This document shows positions 45,728 through 56,633 of a DNA stretch of 64,000 bases, piece after piece. The notes beneath the pieces were generated by a model that was given only the letters and a program-made list of their open reading frames with translations, was not told the DNA's origin and did no database searches. How positions within the stretch are numbered: position 1 is the stretch's first letter; the number at the start of each line of letters is the position of its first letter. The stretch lies in the NCBI GenBank assembly GCA_016201765.1, contig JACQCE010000062.1, positions 11,419 to 75,418 on the forward strand, written 5' to 3'. The position numbers and the translations under genes were made by a program. The stretch comes from Nitrospirota bacterium. GTDB taxonomy: Bacteria; Nitrospirota; Nitrospiria; JACQCE01.

Positions 45728-46645
45728 TCATGGGGCCGCCGACCAGTCAACCACGATCTGAATTTCATCCTGACGGACCGGTTGCGCGGGGGGGGGAGAG
45801 GCCTGTATTGTGGTGGTCTTATCTTCTGAAAGGGCGACCAGCACCAGCTCGGATGATACGAGGCCGCCGGCATCACACTGCCGGAGGAGCGCCATCCCCC
45901 GGTTGAAGACCACCAGTCGGACGCTGCTCTCCTGATCCGCCCTTCCGCTTTCTCCGCCGCCATTCACACCCATCCGAATCTGCAGCCGACGGGGTCGAGC
46001 AACGGCCAGGGTCGTTGTCACGATCGACAATGTTCGTTGTCCCTCGGTCGTCAGCACCGCCTTGTCCGACATAAACAGGAATGATGCCGCCAGTTGCAGC
46101 ACCAGTCCGTCGGCAAGGGAACGCATAGTCACATGACCGGCCTCGATGGCATCATGAAGTGCGGTCGCCAGTCGTTGTGCACCCCCTCCCCTGTCAGCCC
46201 CCCCTTCCTGCGGCCTCCCTTTTGGGTGACCGGTTCCGTCCGGGGGCTGCGATGCCGAAGAGGGTGAATGCGGCGGCTCGCTCTCATCAAGCTTGAGGAG
46301 CAACTCCTCCCGTTCAGCCGTCACGGCGCGGAGTTGCTGAGAGAGGGCTTCCTGGGCCAGGCCCTGATCGGCGGTTTGGGCCTCGAGTTCGGTCACCCGG
46401 GCCTTCAGGCTGTCGTTGGTTTGTCGCTGTTCCATGACGGCGGCCTGCAGTTGAACCGCCTGCCGCCGTTGGGCGGCGGCCTCCGCCTCCGCCTGCCCCG
46501 CGCGATCGCGGTATTGATCGCGTTCGTGCAGCGTGCGGGCATGGATCTCCGTGCTGACCCCGCAGCCGGAAACCGTCAAACACAGGCAGGTCATCCCTAT
46601 GGCTAGAGACGATTGTATGGTCTGAATGGAGGGAACGCCCGACAC
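45728..46645 (-). CDS. lipoprotein with coiled-coil region and OmpA/MotB-like C-terminal domain (tentative)
   Basis: Lipobox LTVSGC. Long EA/Q-rich coiled coil. Weak C-terminal OmpA-like pattern. Confidence 0.4.
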   Translation of the reverse strand: MSGVPSIQTIQSSLAIGMTCLCLTVSGCGVSTEIHARTLHERDQYRDRAGQAEAEAAAQRRQAVQLQAAVMEQRQTNDSLKARVTELEAQTADQGLAQEALSQQLRAVTAEREELLLKLDESEPPHSPSSASQPPDGTGHPKGRPQEGGADRGGGAQRLATALHDAIEAGHVTMRSLADGLVLQLAASFLFMSDKAVLTTEGQRTLSIVTTTLAVARPRRLQIRMGVNGGGESGRADQESSVRLVVFNRGMALLRQCDAGGLVSSELVLVALSEDKTTTIQASPPPAQPVRQDEIQIVVDWSAAP

Positions 46646-46713
46646 CCGGTCACCCTAGCATGATCGGTCGTCTCTTTTCATGGATGGGGCGATCATGCCC
46701 CCCGGCGGGTTCG

Positions 46714-47487
46714 TCAGGCTTGCTGATTGCCGAGCGCGCTTTCTTCCACTTGCGATTGGTCGCGAAGTTCCTTGGATAGACTGATCACCCGATTGGCATA
46801 AGAAACCGGAAGGGTTCTGCATTCGGCCAGCCATTCGGACACGCGGGTTGGACCGTAATTGTAGGCGGTCAACGCCGTCTTCATATCGCCGAACTGCTGG
46901 ACGAGCTGTGAGAGATACCCCAATCCCAGCCTGAGATTGATGACCGGGTCAAACAGGGTCTCCTCCCCGCTCCAGCGCACCCGGACACCGGACGCCGACC
47001 ATTCGCGCACCATCGCCTCGGCCGTGGTCGGGGACAACTGCATCAACCCGACCGCGCCTTGCTCGGATCTGGACCAATTAAACACTGAGCTTTCCGTGGC
47101 GATCAAGGCCATGACGAGGGCCGGTTGAAATCCGTAACGCTGGCTTTCATAGTAAAGCGACTCCGCCAGCTGCCGTTTCTGGGGCAGGGTCAGACCGGTT
47201 CGATAATCGGCCAGCCATTGATGGACCGTTCCAATATCAACGGCCTGGTATTCCCCGGATGCGCCAATGGCCTGCTCTGAACTCTCCCGCACAGCTTCCA
47301 CATCCGCCACAACCACTGGCGGAAATGGAGTCACTTCGGTCAGTTCGGTGGAGGGTGCCAATTCGCCCCCAATCACGGCTCCCCCATGGTAGAGACCCAT
47401 AGCAAGGAGAGCCACCCCCCCGAAACTGAGGAGAACATTTTTACGCGTGATCAGGCCCTTCAGACAGCCCGCCCAGCTGTGAACCAT
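46714..47487 (-). CDS. lytic transglycosylase (SLT domain)
   Basis: ES...GAVGLMQLSPTTA...AYNYG is the SLT motif. Confidence 0.75.
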   Translation of the reverse strand: MVHSWAGCLKGLITRKNVLLSFGGVALLAMGLYHGGAVIGGELAPSTELTEVTPFPPVVVADVEAVRESSEQAIGASGEYQAVDIGTVHQWLADYRTGLTLPQKRQLAESLYYESQRYGFQPALVMALIATESSVFNWSRSEQGAVGLMQLSPTTAEAMVREWSASGVRVRWSGEETLFDPVINLRLGLGYLSQLVQQFGDMKTALTAYNYGPTRVSEWLAECRTLPVSYANRVISLSKELRDQSQVEESALGNQQA

Positions 47488-47643
47488 ACCGCCCCCCTTC
47501 TTCCCCGTGTCTCCCCCGAGACACGGGCCTATCCACGAACGGGGACCATCCTACCGGAGCGGAATTCCAATTGTCAACCCTTGAAAATCCCCCCTCAAGA
47601 CCACTCAAAATCCCTTCAAATAAAAAAACCATAATACATTGAT

Positions 47644-49065
47644 TTAATTAGTGAAATACTTCATATCTGGCAGCAGATCCCTGAGCGGAGACGGAGTGAT
47701 ATAACTTTCTATTTCATCCCCCCTCCTTATATATAGGAGCTCCCCTTCCTTCTTACCAAGCCTGACCACCACCGGTTGTATGGTGGAATTATCACCACTA
47801 AATAGTGTGATTACGATCGCGCCGGTGGTTAAACCAAGTTTCGGCCATGCCGAGGCGGTGCTCCCTGCAATTTTCTCCACCTTGGCCAGCCAGAGCTCCT
47901 TCAGAAACTTCTGCAGCGACTCCTCGGCCTCTTTTGAAAGGGGTTGCCCGTTCGACATCCAGGCTTCGCCCCCCCCCTTCACAAGCTGGTAGCGCCCTGC
48001 CGGTTGCTCAACCACAAGACGTTGCACCCCCTCCGGCCTGATCTGCGCCACCCGCTTATCCTGCAGATCAAACACCGTTCGTTCAAACTGCAGGACGGTC
48101 TGTCGATCCACCTGGTAGAGCGGCGCCTCCGGAGTGGTCACGGCGTAAGCCGCCTCCTCGCTCAACGGGAAAAAAAGACGAACCGAGGTCGAATGCTCCC
48201 CCCCCCGCATGACGATCTCCACTTTCGGCCGCTTGAATCCGGCCAGTTTCTCCGCCTTCCCTGTATCCAGTATCGCCGAGGCGCGAAGCGAACTGATCTG
48301 CTTGAGCAGCGCGTCGACCGCCTGATCATCCGCGGCCGCCCGGACGGGCGTCACCAACGACCACCCGGTGATAGGACCCGCCGTCTTGCCCGCGGCCGCG
48401 TGCCGCTCCAGCCGGATCACGGGAGGGGATTGACCGGGATACCGGAGTTCCAATGCCGTGACACTCCCCGCGGCCATATCGAACAGCTCCTTCTTTCTCA
48501 AATCATAGAGCGTCTTCGTCGCCGCCTCTCTGACCTCAATCGGCGCCAGCCAGACGGGCCCCTCACGACCGGCCTCCGCCGCCGGCCACACACGCACATA
48601 CACGGATGACCCGACCGGACTCTTATCGCCGACATCGAGCCGGCGCTCCCCCCCGCCGATGGTGATCTTCAGGATCACCGGCGCGGGATCCAAACCATAG
48701 GGCCCCAAGGCGGTCGGGTTGTCTTCGATCACGCGCAATCGTCTGGCACGAGTCACCTGCAGCAGCAGGGATCGTACCGCCTCCTGATCGGCAACGGTCG
48801 CAACGGGAGACAGAATCTGCCAGGCGCCGGCCTGATCCTTCGTCAGCGCAATCGTCGTGTCGGACGTCTTCAATTCCAGGGCCGTTGCGGCGGTAGGATC
48901 AAACGCCAGCAGCAGGTCCGCCTGTCCCGGCGCATCACCTGTCGTCCGCTCACGGGGCAGATCCACGAGCCGCAAATAGGCGACCAAACCCAGCAGCACG
49001 CCGACCCACAGCAGCAACATGCGCCACCGGCGCCACCATGCCGCTCTACCAGCCGGATTGGCCAT
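47644..49065 (-). CDS. DUF4340-domain protein (accessory protein of GldG-type ABC systems)
   Basis: Signal anchor. Repetitive beta-rich domains. Sits downstream of the gldG-like gene in the same operon. Confidence 0.5.
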   Translation of the reverse strand: MANPAGRAAWWRRWRMLLLWVGVLLGLVAYLRLVDLPRERTTGDAPGQADLLLAFDPTAATALELKTSDTTIALTKDQAGAWQILSPVATVADQEAVRSLLLQVTRARRLRVIEDNPTALGPYGLDPAPVILKITIGGGERRLDVGDKSPVGSSVYVRVWPAAEAGREGPVWLAPIEVREAATKTLYDLRKKELFDMAAGSVTALELRYPGQSPPVIRLERHAAAGKTAGPITGWSLVTPVRAAADDQAVDALLKQISSLRASAILDTGKAEKLAGFKRPKVEIVMRGGEHSTSVRLFFPLSEEAAYAVTTPEAPLYQVDRQTVLQFERTVFDLQDKRVAQIRPEGVQRLVVEQPAGRYQLVKGGGEAWMSNGQPLSKEAEESLQKFLKELWLAKVEKIAGSTASAWPKLGLTTGAIVITLFSGDNSTIQPVVVRLGKKEGELLYIRRGDEIESYITPSPLRDLLPDMKYFTN

Positions 49066-49093
49066 CAGGAATACGCCCTTCGCCGAACAAAGT

Positions 49094-50686
49094 CTATAAT
49101 CGCCGCCGCCATTGCCATGCGACCAATCCCGCCAGCAAGGCCGCGCCGGGCATGACCACCACGGACACCCAGAAGAAGATCCCTTCCTGTTCATCGCTCA
49201 GGATGAGAGGACTCGCATTGGCTTCCTTGGGCCGGATCGAAATGGCCTCTTCATCAGCCCCCAGCCAGTTGATGACATTGAGCAGGAGATCGCCGTTGCC
49301 ATACAAACGAAAGAACCCATTGGTGGCAAAATCAGAGTCGCCAAACACCACCAGACGGGCCGCGCTGGACGGCGTGGACGCGGCGGGCGCCGGCGGCGGC
49401 TGTCCCTGTTGGGGAGGGGCCGTTTGCACCGCCAGGGCAAGAACCAGCGGCCCCTTGAGGTCCCTCAAACGGTCAAACTCGACCTGCTGGTTTTTCAGAT
49501 CGGTTTCCCCCCAGCTTTTGTCGCTGGTCGTCACCAGGTTCTCATGCGAAAAGGTACTCGCCTTCGCCGCGTCGAACCGGAGGCTTCGGACCGCCGGAAA
49601 TGCGGTGTTCAGCGAAAACTCCCTGGTCACCACATGCGTTTTGGAATAAGTGCGTGCCACCACCATCTCCAACCCCGCCCCGAACAGGCTGATGGAGGTT
49701 TCAATCACCAAATCCTGATCCAGCGTCACGCCCCAGTCGGCCAGCAGCGGTTCGATGCCCGTGGCCGTCAACGGATCGGCCAGGACCAGCAACCGCCCCC
49801 CCTTGTTCAGATAACCCCGCACCGCCTCCATCTCCTGAGGCGCCATGAATTTGGTCGCCCCGCCGATCACGAGCGCGGTGATCTTCTCCGGGACCGATCC
49901 CTGCTGCGCCAGCGACAGGCCGACGACCTCATACCCCTCCCGCTCAAGGCCCTCCTTCACGGCTGAAAAACCGGACTGGCCCGCGTCATCGAGGGCGTGC
50001 TCGCCGTGCCCCTCCAGAAAGGCAATCCGTTTTTTCTCCGTGCGCAGGACGCGAATCAAGGCATTGGTAAAGAGTTGTTCACGGTTGTCGAGATCCTCCG
50101 GGCCCAACAGGCGCACACGGCTCTCCTGTCCGCCGCTCTCGAACACCACCGTGTCGTACTGGGTCACCCCGTACTGTTTGGCGACGGCCGGCCGTTTTTC
50201 GGGATCGACATAGATGACCGTCAGCCGCCGCGTGTACTGTTGATAGCTGTCGACCAATGCATGGAGCACCCCCTTGGTCGGCCCGAGGTCCTGCACAAAC
50301 AGCGTCACGGTCACGTCGCGGTCAAGCCCCTTCAGAATTTTGACCGTCTGCGGCGACAGCGAAAATTGACCCGACCCGGACAAATCCCAGCGGAGATTGT
50401 GACGCACCGCCAGCACATTCACCAGCACGATCACCGCGAGAAAGACCAGCAGCAACAGTCCGCCATGCAATCCCAGGCGGGCCGCCCGCCCGAACGCCGC
50501 GGCTCGAATCACCTGGAAATGCGCCGTCACATACGCCGCCAGGCACGCCACCGCCAACAATTCCAGCGCACCGCTCACGAGGGGGCGTTGCGGCCAGAAC
50601 AGATCAACACCCACCCCCCCGACGGCAACGATCAACCCGATCGCGCCCGCCCAGCGCGTCCACCCTCCGCCGCCCGCTACCGCCAT
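49094..50686 (-). CDS. GldG-like ABC-transporter auxiliary component
   Basis: Two TM helices flanking a large periplasmic domain, typical of the Gldg family. Operon with ABC-2 permease and ATPase genes. Confidence 0.6.
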   Translation of the reverse strand: MAVAGGGGWTRWAGAIGLIVAVGGVGVDLFWPQRPLVSGALELLAVACLAAYVTAHFQVIRAAAFGRAARLGLHGGLLLLVFLAVIVLVNVLAVRHNLRWDLSGSGQFSLSPQTVKILKGLDRDVTVTLFVQDLGPTKGVLHALVDSYQQYTRRLTVIYVDPEKRPAVAKQYGVTQYDTVVFESGGQESRVRLLGPEDLDNREQLFTNALIRVLRTEKKRIAFLEGHGEHALDDAGQSGFSAVKEGLEREGYEVVGLSLAQQGSVPEKITALVIGGATKFMAPQEMEAVRGYLNKGGRLLVLADPLTATGIEPLLADWGVTLDQDLVIETSISLFGAGLEMVVARTYSKTHVVTREFSLNTAFPAVRSLRFDAAKASTFSHENLVTTSDKSWGETDLKNQQVEFDRLRDLKGPLVLALAVQTAPPQQGQPPPAPAASTPSSAARLVVFGDSDFATNGFFRLYGNGDLLLNVINWLGADEEAISIRPKEANASPLILSDEQEGIFFWVSVVVMPGAALLAGLVAWQWRRRL

Positions 50687-51447
50687 CGCTGGGACTCCAC
50701 AACGCGATGCGCCAGAAACAGGCTGACCGCGATCAATCCCAACAGGTAGACGACATCCTTCGTGTCGATCAATCCGGCCAGAAAATTATTCAAGTGTTCC
50801 AGCAGCGACAGATACGTCAGCAACGGGCCCGTCTGGGTATCGGCCGTCACGGCCCCCACCCAGCCCAGGAGCCACATCACAATCAGGAGGGAAAAACTGA
50901 TGATGGCGGCGATCATCTGGTTTTCGGTGAGCGCCGAGGCCAGCAGCCCGACGGCCAGGAACACGGCGCCCACGAGGAACAGGCCGAGGTAGCCGGAGAA
51001 CACCGGCCACCAGACGACGGGACCGAACCGGCCGAGCAGCAGCGGCATGTAGAGCGTCAACCCGAGCATGACGCCGTACAACGCCAGCACGGCGAGATAT
51101 TTCCCGAGAATGAGCTGTGCGACGGTCACCGGAGAGGTCAACAGCAGTTCGCTGGTCTTTTGCTTCCGCTCCTCCGCGATCAACCGCATCGTGAGAAGCG
51201 GCACGATCAGCAATAGAATAACGCTGAAATTGCGCAGCGACGGCGCCAGAATCATCTCATTGATGTTCAATTGCGGCGCCATTTGCTGCATCCGGAGCAT
51301 CATCCGGGTTTGCACGCTGGCTGCAATCACAATGGTATAAAACAAATAGCCCGTCACCAGCAGGAACATCGCCACGCAGACGGCGGCGATGGGGGAGACC
51401 AGGAGGGAGCGCAATTCCCTCGCACACACAGCCAGCAGCTTGCTCAT
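50677..51447 (-). CDS. ABC-2 family permease (GldF-like)
   Basis: 6 TM helices. Overlaps its neighbours. Confidence 0.7.
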   Translation of the reverse strand: MSKLLAVCARELRSLLVSPIAAVCVAMFLLVTGYLFYTIVIAASVQTRMMLRMQQMAPQLNINEMILAPSLRNFSVILLLIVPLLTMRLIAEERKQKTSELLLTSPVTVAQLILGKYLAVLALYGVMLGLTLYMPLLLGRFGPVVWWPVFSGYLGLFLVGAVFLAVGLLASALTENQMIAAIISFSLLIVMWLLGWVGAVTADTQTGPLLTYLSLLEHLNNFLAGLIDTKDVVYLLGLIAVSLFLAHRVVESQRWR

Positions 51448-52553
51448 TCCGTGTCCTTTGACTGTTGGGCAAATTGCGCCGACCCACGCGGGGGGGAGGC
51501 ATCGTTCAGACCGGCGGCCGGGACGTCATCGAGCCGATCCGGGCGGGCCGGCGCATCGGTCGTCAACTGCAGGAACACCTCTTCCAGCGACATCGCCATC
51601 GCGGACAACTCCACCAGTCCGCCATCGGCGCCGACAATGAGACGGGCCGCCGCCTCCCGCACGTCACGACCCTGTTCGCAATCGATCAGCCACACCGTCG
51701 CGCCGTCATCACGAACCGCGCCCGCCGGCGCCTCCGGCAACACCGCCAGCACGCCGGGCAGTCCGGCCACCGCCGTACGCAACGCTTCAGTCGGGCGGCG
51801 CAGGGCGATCTTCACCTGTTCCGACCCGCGCAGTTGCGCCGCCAGCCGCTCCGGCGTATCCACCGCCACCACCCGTCCCTTGTGAATAATGACCACCCGC
51901 TGGCAGATGGCCGTCGCTTCGGGAAGGATGTGCGTGCTGAGAATCACCGTGTGCGCGCCGGCCAGCGTCTTGATGAGCTCCCGGATCTCGATGATCTGCT
52001 TGGGATCCAGGCCGCCGGTCGGTTCATCGAGAATCAACACGGGCGGATCATGAATCAACGCCTGCGCCAGTCCCACGCGCTGCCGGTACCCACGCGACAG
52101 GTTGCCGATCAGGCGGCCGCGAACCTGTCCCAGCGCGCAGCGCTCCACCGCCACATCGACCGACCGGCGGAGCCCGCCGCGAGCCACCCCCTTGATCCGG
52201 GCCACGTACCGCAGATACTCCGTCACGGTCATCTCCGGATAGAGTGGCAGGGTCTCCGGCAAATATCCGATCCGCTGCTTGACCTCGAGGGGGGATTCAT
52301 CGATATCGTATCCGGCCACGCGCGCATGGCCGGAGGTGGCCGGCAACGCGCCGGTGAGGATCCGCATCGTGGTCGTCTTGCCCGCGCCGTTCGGCCCCAG
52401 AAACGCCAGCACCTCACCCGGCTCAACCCGGAAGGTCACGGCCTCGATGGCGGTCAGGGACCCGTATCGCTTGGTCAACTGGTCAACTTCGATCATCGTC
52501 GGTATCGTCCGTGGAGCCGTCGAGGAATCTGTGTATGTGCCCACCGGCGTCAT
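51444..52553 (-). CDS. ABC transporter ATP-binding protein (GldA-like) with C-terminal extension, start uncertain
   Basis: Walker A GPNGAGKTT, signature LSRGYRQRV, Walker B ILDEPTGGLD. Alternative start at 52496 (MIEVDQLTKRYG). Confidence 0.8.
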   Translation of the reverse strand: MTPVGTYTDSSTAPRTIPTMIEVDQLTKRYGSLTAIEAVTFRVEPGEVLAFLGPNGAGKTTTMRILTGALPATSGHARVAGYDIDESPLEVKQRIGYLPETLPLYPEMTVTEYLRYVARIKGVARGGLRRSVDVAVERCALGQVRGRLIGNLSRGYRQRVGLAQALIHDPPVLILDEPTGGLDPKQIIEIRELIKTLAGAHTVILSTHILPEATAICQRVVIIHKGRVVAVDTPERLAAQLRGSEQVKIALRRPTEALRTAVAGLPGVLAVLPEAPAGAVRDDGATVWLIDCEQGRDVREAAARLIVGADGGLVELSAMAMSLEEVFLQLTTDAPARPDRLDDVPAAGLNDASPPRGSAQFAQQSKDTE

Positions 52554-52712
52554 GCGTCCCGCTCAACACGCTTGTCATGACCGCCTCGTTCTCCCGCCCT
52601 TTAAAACAGAGAGGGGAAGCCATCCCGGCTTCCCCCCTCGCCTCACTCAACTGTCAAACGCCTTGAATCATCGCATCCGGCGCAACACCATCACCGGACT
52701 GCACGGCGATCG

Positions 52713-53162
52713 TTATTTCTCGCCGCCGAGGCTGCGCTCGTAGAGGATCGCCTTCCAACCCTCTTCTTCCGTGATCACCGATCCCACGACCGGAATCATG
52801 GCCGTGCCCGCGCTGCCGTTCTTGAGCACCCACATCATCTCGCCGGCTGTTTTGGCCTTGTCAAACGCCGGATTGCTGAAATTGCGCGGCGACGGATCAA
52901 GACCGGTGGCCGCCGGGCCGTCTCCCTTGCCAGCCATGCCGTGACAGGTAAAGCAGGTGCCCTTGCCCTCAAAAATGGCCTTGCCTTCAGCCAGCGCCGC
53001 AGCATTGCCCTGAAAGGGATTCTTCGCCTTCTTGGCATCCGCGAGCTGATCCGCAGGTACGCGAGAGGCCAACGGATCCTTTTCCGCCGAGATGGCGACA
53101 GCCGCGCCCATGACGGCAATGACGACCAACACTGCGCTTGCTTTGATCACGTGCTTGACCAT
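52713..53162 (-). CDS. monoheme cytochrome c
   Basis: CFTCH motif. Signal peptide. 150 aa from the internal ATG. Confidence 0.7.
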   Translation of the reverse strand: MVKHVIKASAVLVVIAVMGAAVAISAEKDPLASRVPADQLADAKKAKNPFQGNAAALAEGKAIFEGKGTCFTCHGMAGKGDGPAATGLDPSPRNFSNPAFDKAKTAGEMMWVLKNGSAGTAMIPVVGSVITEEEGWKAILYERSLGGEK

Positions 53163-53489
53163 GGTTCTGTACCCTCCACTGTGAGTGATAGTCTTGCTTG
53201 TTGCGTTCCCTTGCTTGCCCCTGCTTGGAGACTGCGCCGACTCTTTCGACGCCATGTTTGTCAGGCTGAGCGCGTCCTCCCCCACTGCTGCGACCCGCTC
53301 ATCCCTCCCTTCTGATCCGTGGGTTGGTGCGGGTTGCCCCCGCCGCGCACCGCCTGCTTCGACCCTACGTATCAGACGCTGATGCCGCCGCATTTATTCA
53401 GCCCGCCAGCGCCGTTCCAATCAAAGGGAATATCAAATCTGTTGCAAACCGCGGCATAATAACGGATTGTCACCATGATGTCAAGCCGA

Positions 53490-54326
53490 TCAGACCTCTT
53501 CCAGCATCCGGCACAACCACCGGCCCAGCAGCGCCATCGCCCGGCTGCTCCGGCGGCCGAGGCTCCACAACGCCGGCAGTTGCGCCGGCCTGGCCGCCGC
53601 CGCAAAACCGCTTTTCCAAATTGAAAACGAGCCGTCCGGACGCAAAAAACGCTCCGGCGGTATGTCCAACGCCTCGTCAAGCGGATCCAAAATCACCCGG
53701 GCGGCGACCACGGGAATTCCCGCGGCCATGGCCGCTTCTGCAACGGCCCCGCTTTCCATATCGACCGCCAGCCCGGTCGTCCGCACGGCCAGCGCCCGTT
53801 TTTCATCCACGGCGCCGGCCAGATGATCGACCGTCACCAGAACCCCCGTGCGCGCCGTCATCCCGCACGCGTCCGCAGCGCGAAGCGCCACCCCGCACAA
53901 CCCCCGATCGGCCGGCGGCCCGATGGTCCGGACACCATCGAACCGGCCCCCCTCCACCCGCGCCCAGCAATCGCCGATCACGACCGCGCCCGACGGCAAT
54001 GACGGGTGAAGACCGCCGGAGACCCCGATGGAAATCACCCCCAGGCATCCTTCCTCCTGCCTCCAATGCTCCAACAGATGGACAACAGCCCCGTGCGCCC
54101 GCTTCGGCCCGATGCCGGTCTGCACCACCATCACCCGGTGGTTCCCCGCCCGTCCCCCGAAGAGCGGCGCCGCATCAGCGTCCCCGGCCCGAGTCAACCC
54201 CAGCGGACGCATGAGCGGATGCCGTTCATGCGCAGTGGCCACGCAGACAAGCCACCCGCCTATTGTGGGAGTGCCGGCCGCCGTCACCGTCAGACTCCAA
54301 GCATGGCATTGCAAGTCATCGGGCAT
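53490..54326 (-). CDS. hpnG: PNP/UDP-phosphorylase-family nucleosidase, probably the hopanoid-associated HpnG
   Basis: Phosphorylase-family motifs (VVQTGIG, GVSGGL, VDMESGAVA). Immediately downstream of shc. Confidence 0.55.
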   Translation of the reverse strand: MPDDLQCHAWSLTVTAAGTPTIGGWLVCVATAHERHPLMRPLGLTRAGDADAAPLFGGRAGNHRVMVVQTGIGPKRAHGAVVHLLEHWRQEEGCLGVISIGVSGGLHPSLPSGAVVIGDCWARVEGGRFDGVRTIGPPADRGLCGVALRAADACGMTARTGVLVTVDHLAGAVDEKRALAVRTTGLAVDMESGAVAEAAMAAGIPVVAARVILDPLDEALDIPPERFLRPDGSFSIWKSGFAAAARPAQLPALWSLGRRSSRAMALLGRWLCRMLEEV

Positions 54327-54395
54327 GTCATGAGGGGAAGGATGGATGAAGCAACCACGTGACAGCAGGGCCGCACGACCACCCCGGAGGAGACG

Positions 54396-56633
54396 TCAGC
54401 GGGAGGAAGCAGTCGAATGGGCGGAACCGACCCGATAGAAACCGGAGAGCCGGTGTTGATCACGAATGGCCGCCGTGACCATCTGTCCGCCGCCGCTGAG
54501 ATTGCCATAGAGGGCCAGGGCCCACAACGGAAAATATTTGCAGTACATGTGATACCGCAGATAAAACACGCGCGGGAAACCGGTGCCTGTAAACGCCCGC
54601 TCCTCCCACGCGCCATCCGGCTGCTGATGGCGCAGCAAGTAGTCCACCCCGGCCCTCACCGCCGGATGATTGACCTCGCCCGCGTGCAGCAGACCCATCA
54701 CCGCCCAGGCCGTTTGCGATGCGGTGCTTGGCCCGACGCCCGCAAGGGCGGGATTGGCGTAGGACTCGCACGTCTCCCCCCATCCGCCGTCTTCGTTCTG
54801 CACCGAGATGAGCCACCCCGCCGCACGGCGGATATACGGCTGATCCATCTCTTCATGGATCATGCGCAAGCCCGCCAGAGCCGACCAGGTGCCGTAAATA
54901 TAATTGACGCCCCACCGGCCGTACCATGCCCCGGTGGTTTCCTGATTGGCCTTTAAAAAGGCGATCCCGCGGGCCGCCGGCGGGTAGGTCACGTCAAACC
55001 CCAGGACGCCCATGGCTTCCAATGCGCGGCCGGTCAGATCGGCCGTGCTCGGATCAAGCAACGCGCCGTGGTCGGCAAACGGAATATGATTGAGGATGAG
55101 TTTGTTGTTGTCGGCGTCGAACGAGCCCCAGCCGCCGTCCCGGCCCTGCATCGCCAGCAACCACCGGAATCCGCGCAGCATCTCCCGCCGCTTCCATTCC
55201 TCATCGGGCAGGATCACCTTGCCCAGCGCCATGAGCACCACGGCGGTGTCATCGATATCGGGATAAAATTCGTTTTCAAACTGGAAATACCACCCGCCCG
55301 GCTGCGCGTGGGGGCGGTGCGCCTGCCAATCGCCGGTCCGGCGGATCTGTTTGTTCAGCATCCATTCCGACGCCTTGACCAACGCCGGGTGATCGCGATC
55401 GAACCCGGCTTCGACCAGCGTGTTGATCGTCAGGCAGGTGTCCCAGATGGGGGAATGGCAGGGCTGCAGATGCAGCCGGTGCTCGTCGCTGCTCTCCAGC
55501 TCCTCGATCTCGCCCAGCGCCTTGCTCACGAGGGGATCATTCACCGAACGCCCCAGCGACAGCGACGCCACCACCGAATTGGCCATGGCCGGATAGATCG
55601 CGCCCAGGCCGCCGGATCCCCGCATGTGCTCGACCATCCAGTCCGCGGCCCGCCCCATCGCGCGGCAGCGGAGCCCCTTCAGATGATGCCGGTCATACCA
55701 GCGTAACAGGGAATCGACGAGCAGGAACACATTCCGCCACGTCACCCAGCGCCGGTCGCGCTTGAGCCGGATCGACTCCCTGGGCTGCAGGAACAGTTCA
55801 TCAATCGCCGCGGACGGCGGCGCCGGGCGCAGGGGCCGGTGGGCGTACATGATCAGCAGCGGCACCATCACGGTGCGGGACCAGTAGGACACCGAAAAAA
55901 TATTGAAGTAGAACCACCGGGGCAGCAGGATCAATTCCACCGGCATGACCGGAATCGCCCGCCAGGTGAACTGGCCGAACAACGCCAGCGCAATCCGGGT
56001 GAAGACATTGACCTCCCCGGCCCCGCCATGGGCGAGAATCCACCTGCGCGCGTTCGCCATGAAGGGTTCGTCGGCCGCCACCCCGCACAGCTTCAGGGCG
56101 AAATAGGCCTTGACCGTCGCGCTGATATTGCCGGGACCGTCGTGAAAAATATTCCACGACCCGTCAGGCGATTGACTTTCGATCAAATAGCGCACCGCTT
56201 TTTTCTCACGCAACGGATCGACCTTGCCGATGAAGCGGCGCAGCATCAGGTATTCGGACGTCAGCGTGGAATCGGCTTCCAACTCGCCGGCCCAGTAGCC
56301 GCCGGACGGGTTCTGCACCGTCAGTAGATAAGCGGCCGCCCGGTTGACGGCGTCATCCAGCCGGCCGGCCGAACGGGCGTGGTCCTCGCCGGTTGATCGA
56401 ACCTCGCGAAGCTCGAACCCCTCCGGTCCCCCGTCCCGTTCATTGACCGCGCGTTCGCGGCCTTCCCGGCCGTTTCGCCCGCTCCGATGACCGCGCGCCG
56501 GCGTGTTCCCGATCCACGAGGACATTCTGGACCAGAGCGCCTTCAACGGCCGCCTGCTCGGCGGGGCGGAAGAGGAACGAAGTTGTTCACCGGGAGTCTG
56601 CTGCACGCGGGGACCCGTCAGGTCAGATTCCAT
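54396..56633 (-). CDS. shc: squalene-hopene cyclase
   Basis: QW repeats. Motifs DGGWG, DGSW and catalytic DxDDTA-like. Start chosen at MESDLT, overlapping the hpnH stop by about 17 nt. An alternative start exists at 56525. Confidence 0.85.
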   Translation of the reverse strand: MESDLTGPRVQQTPGEQLRSSSAPPSRRPLKALWSRMSSWIGNTPARGHRSGRNGREGRERAVNERDGGPEGFELREVRSTGEDHARSAGRLDDAVNRAAAYLLTVQNPSGGYWAGELEADSTLTSEYLMLRRFIGKVDPLREKKAVRYLIESQSPDGSWNIFHDGPGNISATVKAYFALKLCGVAADEPFMANARRWILAHGGAGEVNVFTRIALALFGQFTWRAIPVMPVELILLPRWFYFNIFSVSYWSRTVMVPLLIMYAHRPLRPAPPSAAIDELFLQPRESIRLKRDRRWVTWRNVFLLVDSLLRWYDRHHLKGLRCRAMGRAADWMVEHMRGSGGLGAIYPAMANSVVASLSLGRSVNDPLVSKALGEIEELESSDEHRLHLQPCHSPIWDTCLTINTLVEAGFDRDHPALVKASEWMLNKQIRRTGDWQAHRPHAQPGGWYFQFENEFYPDIDDTAVVLMALGKVILPDEEWKRREMLRGFRWLLAMQGRDGGWGSFDADNNKLILNHIPFADHGALLDPSTADLTGRALEAMGVLGFDVTYPPAARGIAFLKANQETTGAWYGRWGVNYIYGTWSALAGLRMIHEEMDQPYIRRAAGWLISVQNEDGGWGETCESYANPALAGVGPSTASQTAWAVMGLLHAGEVNHPAVRAGVDYLLRHQQPDGAWEERAFTGTGFPRVFYLRYHMYCKYFPLWALALYGNLSGGGQMVTAAIRDQHRLSGFYRVGSAHSTASSR

